Assembly: GCA_016720685.1 (NCBI GenBank)
Contig: JADKKC010000007.1
Span: 15,426-79,425, forward strand
Reading direction: 5' to 3'
Source of the DNA: Zoogloea sp.
GTDB taxonomy: Bacteria; Pseudomonadota; Gammaproteobacteria; Burkholderiales; Rhodocyclaceae
DNA: 64,000 bases
In this document: one piece after another, positions 1 to 10,104 of the stretch
Position numbering within the stretch: position 1 is the stretch's first letter
Layout: the number at the start of each line of letters is the position of its first letter
Translations under genes and position numbers: made by a program
The notes under the pieces: generated by a model
What the model saw: the letters and a program-made list of their open reading frames with translations, nothing else
Database searches by the model: none
What the model was told of the DNA's origin: nothing

Positions 1-307
1 CCACGGCATCGTTTTTCTGCACGCCCTGGAAGAAGGCCCGGCCAGCCAGAGCTACGGGATCGAAGTGGCCGCGCTGGCCGGCATCCCGGCGGCGGTGGTG
101 CGCGACGCCAAGCGCCGCCTGCGGGCGCTGGAAAACCGCGAAGTGAGCGCCGGCCCCCAGGCCGACCTGTTTGCCAGCTTGCCGCCGGACGAACCGGAAG
201 CCCCGTCGCACCCGGTGCTGGGCGCACTTTCCGGCATTGATCCTGACGCGCTGACCCCGCGCGAAGCGCTTGAAGCACTTTATGAACTAAAGCGTCTAAG
301 CAATTGA
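1..307 (+). CDS. mutS: DNA mismatch repair protein MutS, C-terminal fragment (5' end outside window)
   Basis: Frame of ORF 65..307 is open from position 2. Translation [29 protein letters not shown]...[13 protein letters not shown] matches the conserved MutS C-terminus. Confidence 0.85.
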   Translation, partial: HGIVFLHALEEGPASQSYGIEVAALAGIPAAVVRDAKRRLRALENREVSAGPQADLFASLPPDEPEAPSHPVLGALSGIDPDALTPREALEALYELKRLSN

Positions 308-314
308 TTTTTTA

Positions 315-1274
315 ATGCTTAAAAACATCATCGTCTGCTCCACGGCCGTTCTGGCCCTCGTAGCTGTCGCGGCCCAGGCGGCGGAGCCGTTCAGCTTCGG
401 CGTCTTCGGCGACACGCCCTACAACGGCTTCGAGCGTCGCCACCTGCCGGCGCTCATCGCCGAAATGGACGCCGAGCCGCTGAAGGTGGTGATCCACGAC
501 GGCGATCTCAAGAGTGGCGGCGAGCGCTGCGACGACGCGCTCTTCGACGAGCGCCTGGCGGTGTTCCAGACCAGCCAGCATCCCTTTGTGTTCGTTCCCG
601 GTGACAACGACTGGACCGACTGCCACAGGAGCAGCAACGGCGCCTACGACCCGCTCGAACGGTTGGACCGACTGCGCAAGCTGTTCTTCGCCAAGCCGCG
701 GCAAACCCTGGGCCGCTACCCGCTGGCCGTCGAAACCCAGGCCGACGATCCGGCCTTTTCGGGCTGGCCCGAACACCAGCGCTGGCAGATCGGCCCGCTG
801 CTGTTCCTTACCCTCAACGTACCGGGCAGCAACAATAATTTTGGCAAGGGCCGCACGCCGGGCGAGGAGTTTTTGCAGCGCAGTGCAGCCGTCAAAGCCT
901 GGATCGCCGCCGCCTTCACGCGGGCCCGGGCGCTCAGGCTCGAAGGCATCGTGATAATCATGCAGGCCAACCCGGACATCGAGGATTTCAGCGCCGGGCG
1001 GCCGCGCCGGGGCTATTACGAACTGCTCACGCAACTGCTGACCGAAACGAAGCGCTTCGATGGTCAGGTGCTGCTGGTGCACGGCGACAGCCACTTCCAC
1101 CGCGTCGACACGCCCCTGCGCGAGCCTTCCGGCGGGCAGCGGGTGGCAAACTTCACCCGCCTTGAAACCTGGGGCTCACCCTTCATGGGCTGGGTGAAGG
1201 TGGAGGTGACGCCGGGCGAGAAACCGCTGTTCCGTTTCTGGCCCAGGGATTATTCGCCCCGGCAAGGCGATTGA
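315..1274 (+). CDS. secreted calcineurin-like metallophosphoesterase
   Basis: 319-aa ORF with an N-terminal signal peptide (AVLALVAVAAQA). It has the metallophosphoesterase motifs GDTPY, HDGDL and GDNDW. Confidence 0.75.
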   Translation: MLKNIIVCSTAVLALVAVAAQAAEPFSFGVFGDTPYNGFERRHLPALIAEMDAEPLKVVIHDGDLKSGGERCDDALFDERLAVFQTSQHPFVFVPGDNDWTDCHRSSNGAYDPLERLDRLRKLFFAKPRQTLGRYPLAVETQADDPAFSGWPEHQRWQIGPLLFLTLNVPGSNNNFGKGRTPGEEFLQRSAAVKAWIAAAFTRARALRLEGIVIIMQANPDIEDFSAGRPRRGYYELLTQLLTETKRFDGQVLLVHGDSHFHRVDTPLREPSGGQRVANFTRLETWGSPFMGWVKVEVTPGEKPLFRFWPRDYSPRQGD

Positions 1275-1282
1275 AACCGAAT

Positions 1283-1585
1283 TTATTGCTGCTTGGGACG
1301 CATGCGCTCACGCACGCTTTGCAGCGCCAGCCGAACGCTTTCGGCCGCAGCCTCGACACCGTCGGTGGCAACGGCTTCATGGACCACGTGGTAATGCAGC
1401 ACCAGCAGGCCACGCAGCTTTTCCCAGGCAATCGGATTGCTGGTGTGGCACAGGCTGCTGTCGCCGCGCAGCACCGCCTCGGCAACACCCGGCTCAAGCA
1501 TGTTGATACCGCACAATTGCGCCAGCCGGGCGATCTCCATATCGATGGAAGCCAGTTCCTGGTTGAAGTTCTCGAAGGTCGACAT
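1283..1585 (-). CDS. hypothetical small protein (100 aa)
   Basis: Only non-overlapping ORF filling the gap between two real genes. No motif recognised. Confidence 0.4.
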   Translation of the reverse strand: MSTFENFNQELASIDMEIARLAQLCGINMLEPGVAEAVLRGDSSLCHTSNPIAWEKLRGLLVLHYHVVHEAVATDGVEAAAESVRLALQSVRERMRPKQQ

Positions 1586-1673
1586 CGCTCTTTTCCTTGA
1601 AATTCACGTTTTTCATGCCGGGTTGCAGGCCTGAAAAATCCATTTATTGCATCGCAGCATACACCGTTACATC

Positions 1674-2426
1674 ATGACCACACCGATCGACATCAGCGAA
1701 GAATCCGGCGTCCGCTATCTGCATTTCGGGTCCGAATGGGTTCAGGGCGCCATGCGCATCAGGAAACCCGACGCCCTCGAACTCGACTACACCCGCGAGA
1801 TGATGGCGGGCCTCCTGCTGCGCGATGCGCCCTGGCCGCGCCGGGTGCTGTTGATCGGGCTGGGCGCCGGTTCGCTTACCAAGTTCGTCCATCGTCACCT
1901 GCCCGATGCACACACCACGGTCGTCGAGATTGCACCGGAAGTGCATGCTGTTGCCCACCAGTTCTTCAAGCTGCCCGACGAAGACGAGCGGCTCGAAATC
2001 GTGATTGGCGACGGCGCCGAGTTTATTGCTAACGACACCGCCCGCTGGGACTTGATCGCGGTGGACGGGTTTGATCGCAATGCCCGCGCCGGCGCACTCG
2101 CCAGCCAGGTCTTTTACGAAGCCTGCCGGGCTCGCCTGTCGGAACAGGGCCTGCTGGTGGCCAACCTGTTCGGCCAGTTGCGCGGCTACAAAACCCAGCT
2201 CCAGCGCCTCGGCAAGGCCTTCGACGGCCGGGTGCTGGCCCTGGCGCCGGTTGCCAGCGGCAACGTGGTGGCCTTTGCTGCGGCCGGCGAGCCGGTCGAG
2301 AGCAGCCTGATCGAACTGCGCCAACAGGCCGCGGCGCTGAAGGCTGCAACGGGGCTCGACCTTGCCCCGACGCTCAAGCGGCTGGAAAAAGCCGGCCTCG
2401 CGCCGGCCGGCAACATCAGGTTTTGA
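1674..2426 (+). CDS. spermidine synthase-like SAM-dependent methyltransferase
   Basis: ORF 1647..2426. ATG at 1674 gives MTTPIDISEESGVRYLHFGS.... The SAM-binding motif LLIGLGAGS and VVEIAPEV/IAVDGFD resemble spermine/spermidine synthase family proteins. Confidence 0.7.
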   Translation: MTTPIDISEESGVRYLHFGSEWVQGAMRIRKPDALELDYTREMMAGLLLRDAPWPRRVLLIGLGAGSLTKFVHRHLPDAHTTVVEIAPEVHAVAHQFFKLPDEDERLEIVIGDGAEFIANDTARWDLIAVDGFDRNARAGALASQVFYEACRARLSEQGLLVANLFGQLRGYKTQLQRLGKAFDGRVLALAPVASGNVVAFAAAGEPVESSLIELRQQAAALKAATGLDLAPTLKRLEKAGLAPAGNIRF

Positions 2427-2435
2427 AACGAAGCA

Positions 2436-3161
2436 TCAGCCGGCGGACGCCGGGGCCGGCTCTGGCGGCATCCACAGGCAATGGCCCTTGGTCGCCTTGG
2501 CAATCTCGCCGAGCACCTTGTCGTGGCCGGCCAGTTCATCGTCCGTCGCCCGCAGCACACGCAGCGGCGGGCGTTCGAGCATGGCGCCGCCTTCGCCGTC
2601 GTCCACCTGCGGCGCCGGCTCCTCGAGCAGCATCATGAGGCTCTCCTGGCCGCGGGTCATGGCCAGGTAAACATCGGCCAGCAGTTCCGCGTCCAGCAGC
2701 GCGCCGTGCAGCGTGCGGTGGGTGTTGTCGATCTCGTAGAACGAGCACAGCGCGTTGAGAGACGCCTTCTTGCCGGGGTTCTGTTCCTTGGCGAGCTTGA
2801 GCGTGTCGATCACGTTCGGGCAGATGGCCGAAAGCAGCGGCCGGCCCAGCAGGCCCAGCTCGTAATTCAGAAAACCCACGTCGAACGTTGCGTTGTGAAT
2901 CACCAGTTCGCCGTCGGCGACGAACTCTTCAAACTCCGCCGCCACGTCCTTGAACACGGGTTTATCCACCAGAAACTCGTTGGTGATGCCGTGCACCGCC
3001 ATGGCGCCCGGGTCGATGGCCCGCTGGGGATTGATGTAGACGTGGTAATGCCGGCCGGTGAGCTTGCGATCCACCAGTTCGACGCAACCGATTTCGATGA
3101 CCCGGTCGCCGCTCTTCCAGTCGAGGCCGGTGGTTTCGGTATCCAGAACGATCTGTCTCAT
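2436..3161 (-). CDS. dnaQ: DNA polymerase III epsilon subunit (3'-5' exonuclease)
   Basis: [13 protein letters not shown] (Exo I), [10 protein letters not shown] (Exo II) and [15 protein letters not shown] (Exo III). The internal ATG at 3161 overlaps the rnhA stop (ATGA). The upstream Arg-rich extension of ORF 2436..3326 is not credible. Confidence 0.9.
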   Translation of the reverse strand: MRQIVLDTETTGLDWKSGDRVIEIGCVELVDRKLTGRHYHVYINPQRAIDPGAMAVHGITNEFLVDKPVFKDVAAEFEEFVADGELVIHNATFDVGFLNYELGLLGRPLLSAICPNVIDTLKLAKEQNPGKKASLNALCSFYEIDNTHRTLHGALLDAELLADVYLAMTRGQESLMMLLEEPAPQVDDGEGGAMLERPPLRVLRATDDELAGHDKVLGEIAKATKGHCLWMPPEPAPASAG

Positions 3162-3631
3162 GAATCTGCGTCTCCTGCCTCGACAACTTTGCCGGTTTTC
3201 TTGACCGCGTCCACGCCGCGCCGGGCCAGCGCGTCGGCCCGCTCGTTGTCCACGTGGCCGGCGTGCCCCTTTACCCACAGCCATTTGATCCGGTGACGCG
3301 CGGCCTCTGAATCGAGCGCCCGCCACAGGTCTTCATTCTTGACCGGGGCCTTGGAGGCGGTTTTCCAGCCACGCGCCTTCCAGCCGTGAATCCACTCGGA
3401 AATGCCCTTCTGTACGTACTGCGAGTCGGTGTGCACCCGCGCCGAGACCGGACGCTTGAGCGCCTCGAGGGCGCGGATCACGGCCAGCAGCTCCATGCGG
3501 TTGTTGGTGGTGGCCGGCTCGCCGCCCCACAGTTCTTTCTCGTGCGGGCCGGCGCGCAGGATCGCGCCCCAGCCGCCGGGCCCCGGATTGCCCGAGCAGG
3601 CACCGTCGGTAAAAATATCAATCTCGTCCAA
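3158..3631 (-). CDS. rnhA: ribonuclease HI
   Basis: [23 protein letters not shown]...TNNRMEL...HTDSQYV...[15 protein letters not shown] matches RNase HI throughout. The ORF is open to 3679, but that start would overlap the upstream gene by 62 nt. TTG at 3631 gives the usual length; the start is uncertain. Confidence 0.88.
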   Translation of the reverse strand: MDEIDIFTDGACSGNPGPGGWGAILRAGPHEKELWGGEPATTNNRMELLAVIRALEALKRPVSARVHTDSQYVQKGISEWIHGWKARGWKTASKAPVKNEDLWRALDSEAARHRIKWLWVKGHAGHVDNERADALARRGVDAVKKTGKVVEAGDADS

Positions 3632-4391
3632 AATTTCTCTCGTCGCTTGTTTTCTGCGAGGGCCCCTTGGCCGGGCCACCCGTTTTCTGAATCAATGGTG
3701 CCAGCGACCGCGCCCTGGCCTTGCGATCCCATTTCGGCATGATCAGCCGCATGCTGTGCACCCGCTTGATGGCGTGGATGATGTAGACCCCGCCGCCAAT
3801 CGGCCACCAGCGCTCGCCTGCCTGGTCAAGACAGCCCAGGCGGTCGATCCAGGTTTGCTGCGCCAGCACCGGCACGAAACAGCCGGACGCCTGGCTAGCA
3901 GTATCAAAACTGAGCAGCGCCAGCCAGTCCTTGAGGCGGCGCGTGGACAGGTATTGACCGTGCCACGGATAGCCGCTGTCTTCGCCGGCCAGCATGCGCT
4001 TGAGGCCGAAAAGGCTCACCGGATTGAAACCGGCAATCACCACATGCCCCTCGGGCACCAGCACGCGCTCCACTTCACGCAAAACCTGATGGGGATTGGC
4101 CGCAAATTCCAGCACATGCGGCAGCACCACCAGATCGACGCTGCCCGCCGCAAAAGGCAAGGCCGCGTAATCGGCTTCGACCGACACGTCGCCCGTTCCG
4201 GCCCGAAAGCGGAACGGCATTCGGTTGGCCCGCAGGAGGTCGAGCTCCGGCACGCCCAGCTGCACCGCGTTGTAGCCAAAGATATCCGCCACCAGCACAT
4301 CGAAACGCGCCGCCTCCCAGTTCATCACGTAACGCCCCAGCGGCGTATCGAGCCAGGCATGGAGACCGGGAAAGGATTCGGGCTGGGTCAT
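3618..4391 (-). CDS. class I SAM-dependent methyltransferase (type 11 domain)
   Basis: 257-aa [38 protein letters not shown] is typical of Methyltransf_11 proteins. It sits in the conserved gloB / methyltransferase-rnhA-dnaQ neighbourhood. Confidence 0.75.
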   Translation of the reverse strand: MTQPESFPGLHAWLDTPLGRYVMNWEAARFDVLVADIFGYNAVQLGVPELDLLRANRMPFRFRAGTGDVSVEADYAALPFAAGSVDLVVLPHVLEFAANPHQVLREVERVLVPEGHVVIAGFNPVSLFGLKRMLAGEDSGYPWHGQYLSTRRLKDWLALLSFDTASQASGCFVPVLAQQTWIDRLGCLDQAGERWWPIGGGVYIIHAIKRVHSMRLIMPKWDRKARARSLAPLIQKTGGPAKGPSQKTSDERNFGRD

Positions 4392-4437
4392 CAGGAGAAA
4401 CGGGGGCGCAAGATGGCACTCGGGCTACAATTACCGG

Positions 4438-5199
4438 ATGACGATTATCCCTCTTCCCGCGTTTCGCGATAACTATATCTGGCTGCTGCGTGCCGGCACG
4501 TGTGCCGTGGTTGTAGACCCGGGCGAAGCCGCCCCGGTGCTGCGCTACCTCGCTGACGAAGGCCTGACGCTCGCCGCCATTCTCATCACCCATCACCACC
4601 CCGACCACGTCGGCGGCGTGGCCGAACTGCTGGCCCAGGCGCCGGTTCCGGTCCATGGCCCGGCGCTGGAGGCCATTGCCGGCATCGACCATCCGGTTGG
4701 CGAAGGCGATGTGGTGTGCCTGCCCGGGCTGGGCGTTGAACTCCGCGTGTTCGACATTCCCGGCCACACCGCCGGCCACGTCGGCTACTACGGCGATTCG
4801 GCGCTGTTTTGCGGTGACACCCTGTTTGCCGCCGGCTGCGGACGGCTCTTCGAGGGCACTCCGGCCCAGATGTTCGATTCGCTGCAAAAACTGGCGGCCC
4901 TGCCCGGCGACACGCGGGTGTATTGCACCCACGAGTACACGCTGTCGAACCTGGCCTTTGCCGCGGCGGTCGAACCCGCCAACGGGGCGATCAGCGAACG
5001 CATCGCCGCAAGCGAGGCCATGCGTGCGGCAAACCAGCCGACCGTGCCCTTTCCGCTGTCTGGCGAAATGCTGACCAATCCCTTCCTTCGCGTCCACGAG
5101 CCGGCCGTCATCTATCAGGCCGAAACCCAGGCCGGACGCGGCCTTGCGTCGCCCGTAGAGGTTTTTGCCGCGCTGCGCGAATGGAAAAACCGTTTCTGA
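4438..5199 (+). CDS. gloB: hydroxyacylglutathione hydrolase (glyoxalase II)
   Basis: MTIIPLPAFRDNYIWLL start, metallo-beta-lactamase motif ITHHHPDHVGG, and C-terminal NPFLR. Confidence 0.9.
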   Translation: MTIIPLPAFRDNYIWLLRAGTCAVVVDPGEAAPVLRYLADEGLTLAAILITHHHPDHVGGVAELLAQAPVPVHGPALEAIAGIDHPVGEGDVVCLPGLGVELRVFDIPGHTAGHVGYYGDSALFCGDTLFAAGCGRLFEGTPAQMFDSLQKLAALPGDTRVYCTHEYTLSNLAFAAAVEPANGAISERIAASEAMRAANQPTVPFPLSGEMLTNPFLRVHEPAVIYQAETQAGRGLASPVEVFAALREWKNRF

Positions 5200-6156
5200 T
5201 CAGTCGATTGCCGAAACCACCGCAGCCGCAATGCGGTTGCGCCCGGCTTGCTTGGCCCGATAGAGCGCATCGTCGGCGCGCTTGAGCAGGACGCTTGAAT
5301 CGGAGCCGCTGCGCAAAGGCGTTGTCGACGCCACGCCGATGCTGATCGTCACCACGTTGCCGCCTTTTGAATAGCTATGGGTGATGCTCAGCCCTTCCAC
5401 GGCTGAACGCATGGCCTCGGCAACCTGCAGGGCGCCGGTGATTTCGGTGTCCGGCAGGATGGCCGCGAACTCCTCGCCACCGTAGCGGGCCACCTGGTCG
5501 GCCGGGCGGCGCAGCGTGTCTTTCAGGGTGCGCGCCACGGCCTTGAGGCATTCATCGCCCACCTGGTGACCGTAGCTGTCATTGAACTGCTTGAAGCAAT
5601 CCACGTCACACAACAGCATCGACAGGGGCCGGCCCTGGCGGCCCAGGCGGCGCCACTCGCGCAACAGGGTTTCGTCGAACTGCCGGCGATTGGCAATGCC
5701 CGTCAGCCCGTCGAGGGAGGACAGGCGGATGAGTTCCTGGTTGGCATCGTCGAGCTTGCGGGTCAGCACCAGCAGCGAAAAACGCATCTGGGCGATGCGC
5801 TGCATGGCCCTCACCTTGGCAGCCAGCACGGTTCCGGAAACCGGCTTGATCAGGTAGTCGTCGCCACCCACGCTGATCGCCCTTTCGAGGTCGGCATCGC
5901 TGGTGCGGGCGGTCAGAAAGATGATCGGTGTCCATTCGCCAAACTGCTCCAGCTGACGAATGCGTCGGGCCACCTCAAAACCATCCATGCCGGGCATGAT
6001 GATGTCCAAAAGGATGAGGTCGGGGCGTTCCTGCTGGTAAAGCTCGATGCCCGTTTCACCGTTTCGGGCAACGATCGGCTCGATCCCGATCTTGCGCAGC
6101 TGATGAGACACCAGGGTGGCACTTGTCAGGGTGTCCTCTATCAGCAGTGCTTTCAC
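5200..6156 (-). CDS. response regulator receiver + GGDEF diguanylate cyclase
   Basis: N-terminal REC domain (LLDIIMPGMDG). C-terminal GGDEF domain with an intact RYGGEEF active site and an RxxD I-site (RPAD) 5 residues upstream. Confidence 0.9.
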   Translation of the reverse strand: MKALLIEDTLTSATLVSHQLRKIGIEPIVARNGETGIELYQQERPDLILLDIIMPGMDGFEVARRIRQLEQFGEWTPIIFLTARTSDADLERAISVGGDDYLIKPVSGTVLAAKVRAMQRIAQMRFSLLVLTRKLDDANQELIRLSSLDGLTGIANRRQFDETLLREWRRLGRQGRPLSMLLCDVDCFKQFNDSYGHQVGDECLKAVARTLKDTLRRPADQVARYGGEEFAAILPDTEITGALQVAEAMRSAVEGLSITHSYSKGGNVVTISIGVASTTPLRSGSDSSVLLKRADDALYRAKQAGRNRIAAAVVSAID

Positions 6157-6186
6157 GGAAGGGATCTCGAATGGTTTTCCTGGTTA

Positions 6187-6212
6187 CTCGGTGCAAACCC
6201 TCGGTGCAAACC
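6187..6212. repeat. perfect tandem direct repeat 2 x 13 bp (CTCGGTGCAAACC)
   Basis: Read directly at 6187..6199 and 6200..6212, in the divergent intergenic region between the REC-GGDEF gene and mltD. Confidence 0.8.
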
Positions 6213-6349
6213 TTTGCCCGGCGCGGGTGCCTTGTCGGCTCGGCGCGTACTTTAACGGATTCCGGCCATGTTTGTAGCATGGGTTTCATAGTTGGCCTGC
6301 ATGGTTGTACGTTTGACCCCTCCAGCTGCAGGCGGATAAAATCCCGCCT

Positions 6350-7855
6350 TTGCTTTTCGCGCGACCAAACCTGATGTTTCCGAGAGTTATCGCGCTGCTT
6401 CTGTCTCTTCTGGGCGCCAGCCCGCTGATGGCCCAGAGTCCCGACAGCCCTGCCGGCGAAGACACTGCGCCACGGCTCCTGCAAGCTAGCTCACTGTTCG
6501 ACGATCCTGCCGTTTCGCCGCCTCAGGCCTTCGAAATCAAGGAGCAGCATGTCAAGGTTCCCACCATCGACCTGACGATCGAGCCCGACGATCTGTGGGA
6601 ACGCATGCGGCGCGGCTTCTCGATGCCTGATCTGAACACCGACCTGGTCACCGACCGTCAGATTTATTACATCAACCGCCCCGGGGCCCTGCGGCAAATC
6701 TTCACCCGCGGCCAGCGCTACCTTTACCACATCGTCGAGGAGCTCGAGCGCCGCGGCATGCCCACCGAACTGGCCCTGCTGCCGATGGTCGAGAGCGCCT
6801 TCAATCCGATGGCCCTGTCCTCCGCGCAGGCGTCCGGCCTGTGGCAGTTCATTCCCTCCACCGGCAAGAGCTACCGCCTGGAGCAAAACTGGTGGGTGGA
6901 CGAGCGGCGCGACGTGATCGCCTCGACCAATGCGGCCCTCGATTACCTGCAGACCATCTACGAAATGCATGGCGACTGGCACCTGGCGCTGGCCTCCTAC
7001 AACTGGGGTGAAGGCGCGGTTGGCCGCGCGGTGGCCAAGAACCGCGCCGCCGGGCTGTCCGCCGAATACCAGCACCTCAACATGCCGGGCGAAACGCGCT
7101 ACTACGTGCCCAAGCTGCAGGCACTGAAAAACATCGTCGCCCAGCCCGAGCTTTTCGGCATCAATCTTCCGGCAATTCCCAACCGCCCCTATTTCGTCAC
7201 CGTCGAAAGCCGTACGCCCCTCGACCTGGCGACCGCAGCCCGACTGGCCGAAACAGCGGTGGAAGAAATCCTGGCGCTCAATCCTGGCTACAAGCGTCCC
7301 ATCCTGCCAAACGGCGGCTCCATGTCGCTGGTGATCCCGGCCGACAAGGTCGAGGCCTTCCTCATCAATCTGCAAAGACATGATCCGGCCAGCGCCAGCT
7401 GGAAAACCTACGAACTGCGCGAAGGCGAAGGGCTGGAAGGCGTGGCCGACCGCCTGGGCATTTCCGCCAGCCGGCTGCGTCAGGTGAACGGCCTGTCACC
7501 CCGGGCGCGCATCGGCACGGGCTACACGCTGATTGTGCCCTCCGAAAGCGAGGGCGAGCGTATCAGCCTGTCCAGCCTGATGCCCAGCCGGCCCCAGGCG
7601 GGCGCCGTCGAACCGCCCCCTCCTCCCCACCGTGCCCTGATCCAGCGCACCGTGGTTCGTGGCAAGGGCGGACGGCTGCATGTCGTCGAGCGCAAGCTGC
7701 CGGTCAGTGCCGCACCTGCGCCTGCTCGCGGCAAGGCTGCGGAAAAAGCGCCGGCAAAGACGCCAGCAAAGGCAACACCCAAGGCAGCACCAAGGCAAGG
7801 CAGCACCCAGCGCCCCAAGGAAACATCGCTGAAATTCAAAAAGAAGGCCGCTTAA
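6350..7855 (+). CDS. mltD: membrane-bound lytic murein transglycosylase D-like (SLT domain + LysM repeats)
   Basis: Signal peptide, then the SLT catalytic region LPMVESAFNPMALSSAQASGLWQFIPSTG and LysM-like repeats. The tail is low-complexity and Ala/Pro/Lys-rich. The start may instead be the ATG at 6374. Confidence 0.85.
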   Translation: MLFARPNLMFPRVIALLLSLLGASPLMAQSPDSPAGEDTAPRLLQASSLFDDPAVSPPQAFEIKEQHVKVPTIDLTIEPDDLWERMRRGFSMPDLNTDLVTDRQIYYINRPGALRQIFTRGQRYLYHIVEELERRGMPTELALLPMVESAFNPMALSSAQASGLWQFIPSTGKSYRLEQNWWVDERRDVIASTNAALDYLQTIYEMHGDWHLALASYNWGEGAVGRAVAKNRAAGLSAEYQHLNMPGETRYYVPKLQALKNIVAQPELFGINLPAIPNRPYFVTVESRTPLDLATAARLAETAVEEILALNPGYKRPILPNGGSMSLVIPADKVEAFLINLQRHDPASASWKTYELREGEGLEGVADRLGISASRLRQVNGLSPRARIGTGYTLIVPSESEGERISLSSLMPSRPQAGAVEPPPPPHRALIQRTVVRGKGGRLHVVERKLPVSAAPAPARGKAAEKAPAKTPAKATPKAAPRQGSTQRPKETSLKFKKKAA

Positions 7856-7869
7856 AAGGCGGCCTTCTT
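7841..7869 (+). terminator. hairpin overlapping the mltD stop (possible terminator)
   Basis: AAGAAGGCCGC-TTAAAA-GGCGGCCTTCTT. The T-tract after the stem is weak. Confidence 0.45.
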
Positions 7870-7890
7870 CATGAGTACCCGAGGTGTGAC

Positions 7891-9900
7891 TTAAACCAGA
7901 TGGCAGCGCACGACGCGAGTCGTCGACAAGCGCGTCTCGTCCGGATATTCAGTCCGGCACCGGTCTATCGCTTCGCTGCAACGCGGGTGAAAGTGGCAGC
8001 CGGGCGGCGGATTCAGGGGTGAAGGCATGTCCCCCCGGGTAACGCCTGCAACTTCGCCCTCAATTCTCATCGGAGATTTTGGCGCACCCGGCACATCAAC
8101 CCTCGGCACGGCCGCCAGCAGCATGCGCGTGTAGGGGTGGCGCGGGTTGCGTAGCACCTCCTCGACACTTCCCCGCTCGACGATTCGTCCCAGGTACATC
8201 ACCGCCACATGGTGGGCCAGGTAATCCACCACGGCCAGGTTGTGGGTGATGAACAGGTAAGACAGCCCGTACTCGGCCTGCAAATCACGCAGCAGGTTGA
8301 GGATCTGGGCCTGCACCGACACATCGAGGGCACTGGTCGGCTCGTCGCAGATGATCAGCTTGGGCGACACGGCCAGGGCGCGGGCGATGGCGATGCGCTG
8401 ACGCTGGCCGCCGGAGAACTCATGGGGAAAACGATTGCGCATCGCCAGATCGAGGCCCACCCGGCGCAGCAGGGTATCGATTTTTTCCGACCTGACAGCG
8501 GCGTTCGCCTCGACGGCGAGGGATAGCATGCCCTCCTCCAGGATTTCGCCGATCCGCATGCGCGGATTGAGCGAGCTGAAGGGATCCTGAAAAATCATCT
8601 GCAGATCGCGCCGCAGCGGCTGCCACTGGCGTGGCGACAGCGCCAGCAGTTCGTGATCGCCGTAACGGGCGCTGCCGCCGCTGGCCGGAACCAGATTGAG
8701 CAAGGCCTTGCCGGCGGTGGTCTTGCCGCAACCGGATTCGCCCACCAGGGCCAGAGTCTGGCCTGCCGGCACGTGGAGCGAAACGCCATCGACAGCCTTC
8801 ACATGCCCCACCACCCGGCGGAACAAGCCCTTGCGAACCGGAAAGTGGACTTCCAGGGCCTCGACATCGAGCGCGATGCCGCTGTTTGACTGGCGTGATT
8901 GGGGCGCGGACAGATTTGGCGGCGACACCACCCAGCCCATGCGCCCGGCCGGATCATAAATGTGGCAGCGGACGGCCTGATCCCCGACCTGGAACATGGC
9001 CGGTGCCGCGCTGCGACACACGTCCTGAACCTGCGGGCAGCGCTCGGCAAAGCGGCAACCGGCCTGCTGCGCGCCAAGGCGCGGAACCTGGCCGACCAGT
9101 GTTTCCAGCGCCCGGCCGCGCTGGGCGGAGGTGGGCAGCGCCGCAAAAAGCTTGCGGGAATACGGATGCAGGGGAGCACGGAAAAAATCTTCGCGCTCGC
9201 CGGTTTCGACCAGTTCGCCCGCGTACATCACGCCCACCCGGTGCGCCATGCGCGACACCACGCCAAGGTCGTGGGTGATCAGGAGCATGCCCATGCCGCG
9301 GCCGAGCTGGAGTTCGGCCAGCAAATCGAGCACCTGGGCCTGGATCGTCACGTCGAGGGCCGTGGTCGGCTCGTCGGCGATCAGCACCTTGGGGTCTCCG
9401 GCCAGGGCAATGGCAATCATCACCCGCTGCTTCATGCCGCCGGACAGCTGGAAAGGGTATTCGGACAAGCGGCGCAGCGGATCGGGAATGCCGACCGCGG
9501 CGAGCAGGCGCTCCGCTTCGTCCCAGGCCGGCTGACCGTGCAGGCCGCGGTGACGCACCAGCACCTCGCCGATCTGGTCGCCCACGGTCATCACGGGATT
9601 GAGGCTGCTGGCCGGCTCCTGGAAGATCATGGCCAGATCGTTGCCGCGAATCTCGCGCATGCGCGTTTCGGGCAGATCCTGCAGGGCCTCGCCACCCAGG
9701 GTGACCGAGCCGCCGGCAATGCGCCCTCCGGCCGGCAGCAAACGCATGCAGGCCAGAGCCGTCATCGACTTGCCGCAGCCCGACTCGCCCACCAGCGCAA
9801 GCGTGCGTCCGGCCGGAACCTCGAAGCTGATGCCATCGACGGGGCGCACGGACTTGCCGCGAGGCCCCAACTCCACCCGCAACTGCTCGACCTTAAGCAT
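7891..9900 (-). CDS. ABC transporter ATP-binding protein with duplicated ATPase domains (oligopeptide/dipeptide family, YejF/GsiA-like)
   Basis: Two Walker A motifs (GESGCGKS twice), two LSGG signatures, and the oligopeptide-type C-terminal tail (NPPPGCHFHPRC). The likely start is MLKVEQL at 9900 within ORF 7891..9951. Confidence 0.85.
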   Translation of the reverse strand: MLKVEQLRVELGPRGKSVRPVDGISFEVPAGRTLALVGESGCGKSMTALACMRLLPAGGRIAGGSVTLGGEALQDLPETRMREIRGNDLAMIFQEPASSLNPVMTVGDQIGEVLVRHRGLHGQPAWDEAERLLAAVGIPDPLRRLSEYPFQLSGGMKQRVMIAIALAGDPKVLIADEPTTALDVTIQAQVLDLLAELQLGRGMGMLLITHDLGVVSRMAHRVGVMYAGELVETGEREDFFRAPLHPYSRKLFAALPTSAQRGRALETLVGQVPRLGAQQAGCRFAERCPQVQDVCRSAAPAMFQVGDQAVRCHIYDPAGRMGWVVSPPNLSAPQSRQSNSGIALDVEALEVHFPVRKGLFRRVVGHVKAVDGVSLHVPAGQTLALVGESGCGKTTAGKALLNLVPASGGSARYGDHELLALSPRQWQPLRRDLQMIFQDPFSSLNPRMRIGEILEEGMLSLAVEANAAVRSEKIDTLLRRVGLDLAMRNRFPHEFSGGQRQRIAIARALAVSPKLIICDEPTSALDVSVQAQILNLLRDLQAEYGLSYLFITHNLAVVDYLAHHVAVMYLGRIVERGSVEEVLRNPRHPYTRMLLAAVPRVDVPGAPKSPMRIEGEVAGVTRGDMPSPLNPPPGCHFHPRCSEAIDRCRTEYPDETRLSTTRVVRCHLV

Positions 9901-9933
9901 TGCCGGGCCCTGCTTTTCCAGTCTGTTCATATC

Positions 9934-9960
9934 AAAGAAAACGGACCGCAATGCGGTCCG
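9934..9960 (-). terminator. rho-independent terminator downstream of slyD
   Basis: On the minus strand: CGGACCGC-ATT-GCGGTCCG followed by TTTTCTTT. Confidence 0.7.
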
Positions 9961-10104
9961 CTCAAGTCAGTGGCTTGGAGCGGCTGGTGAGCCAGCCTGC
10001 AAGCCGTCGAGAGCTTGTGAAGAAATCCTGGCAGGCGGGCCCGAACTCACAACAGAAAACAAGGTTGCACAATCGGGACGCGCAGCAGATTCATTCAAGC
10101 ACGC

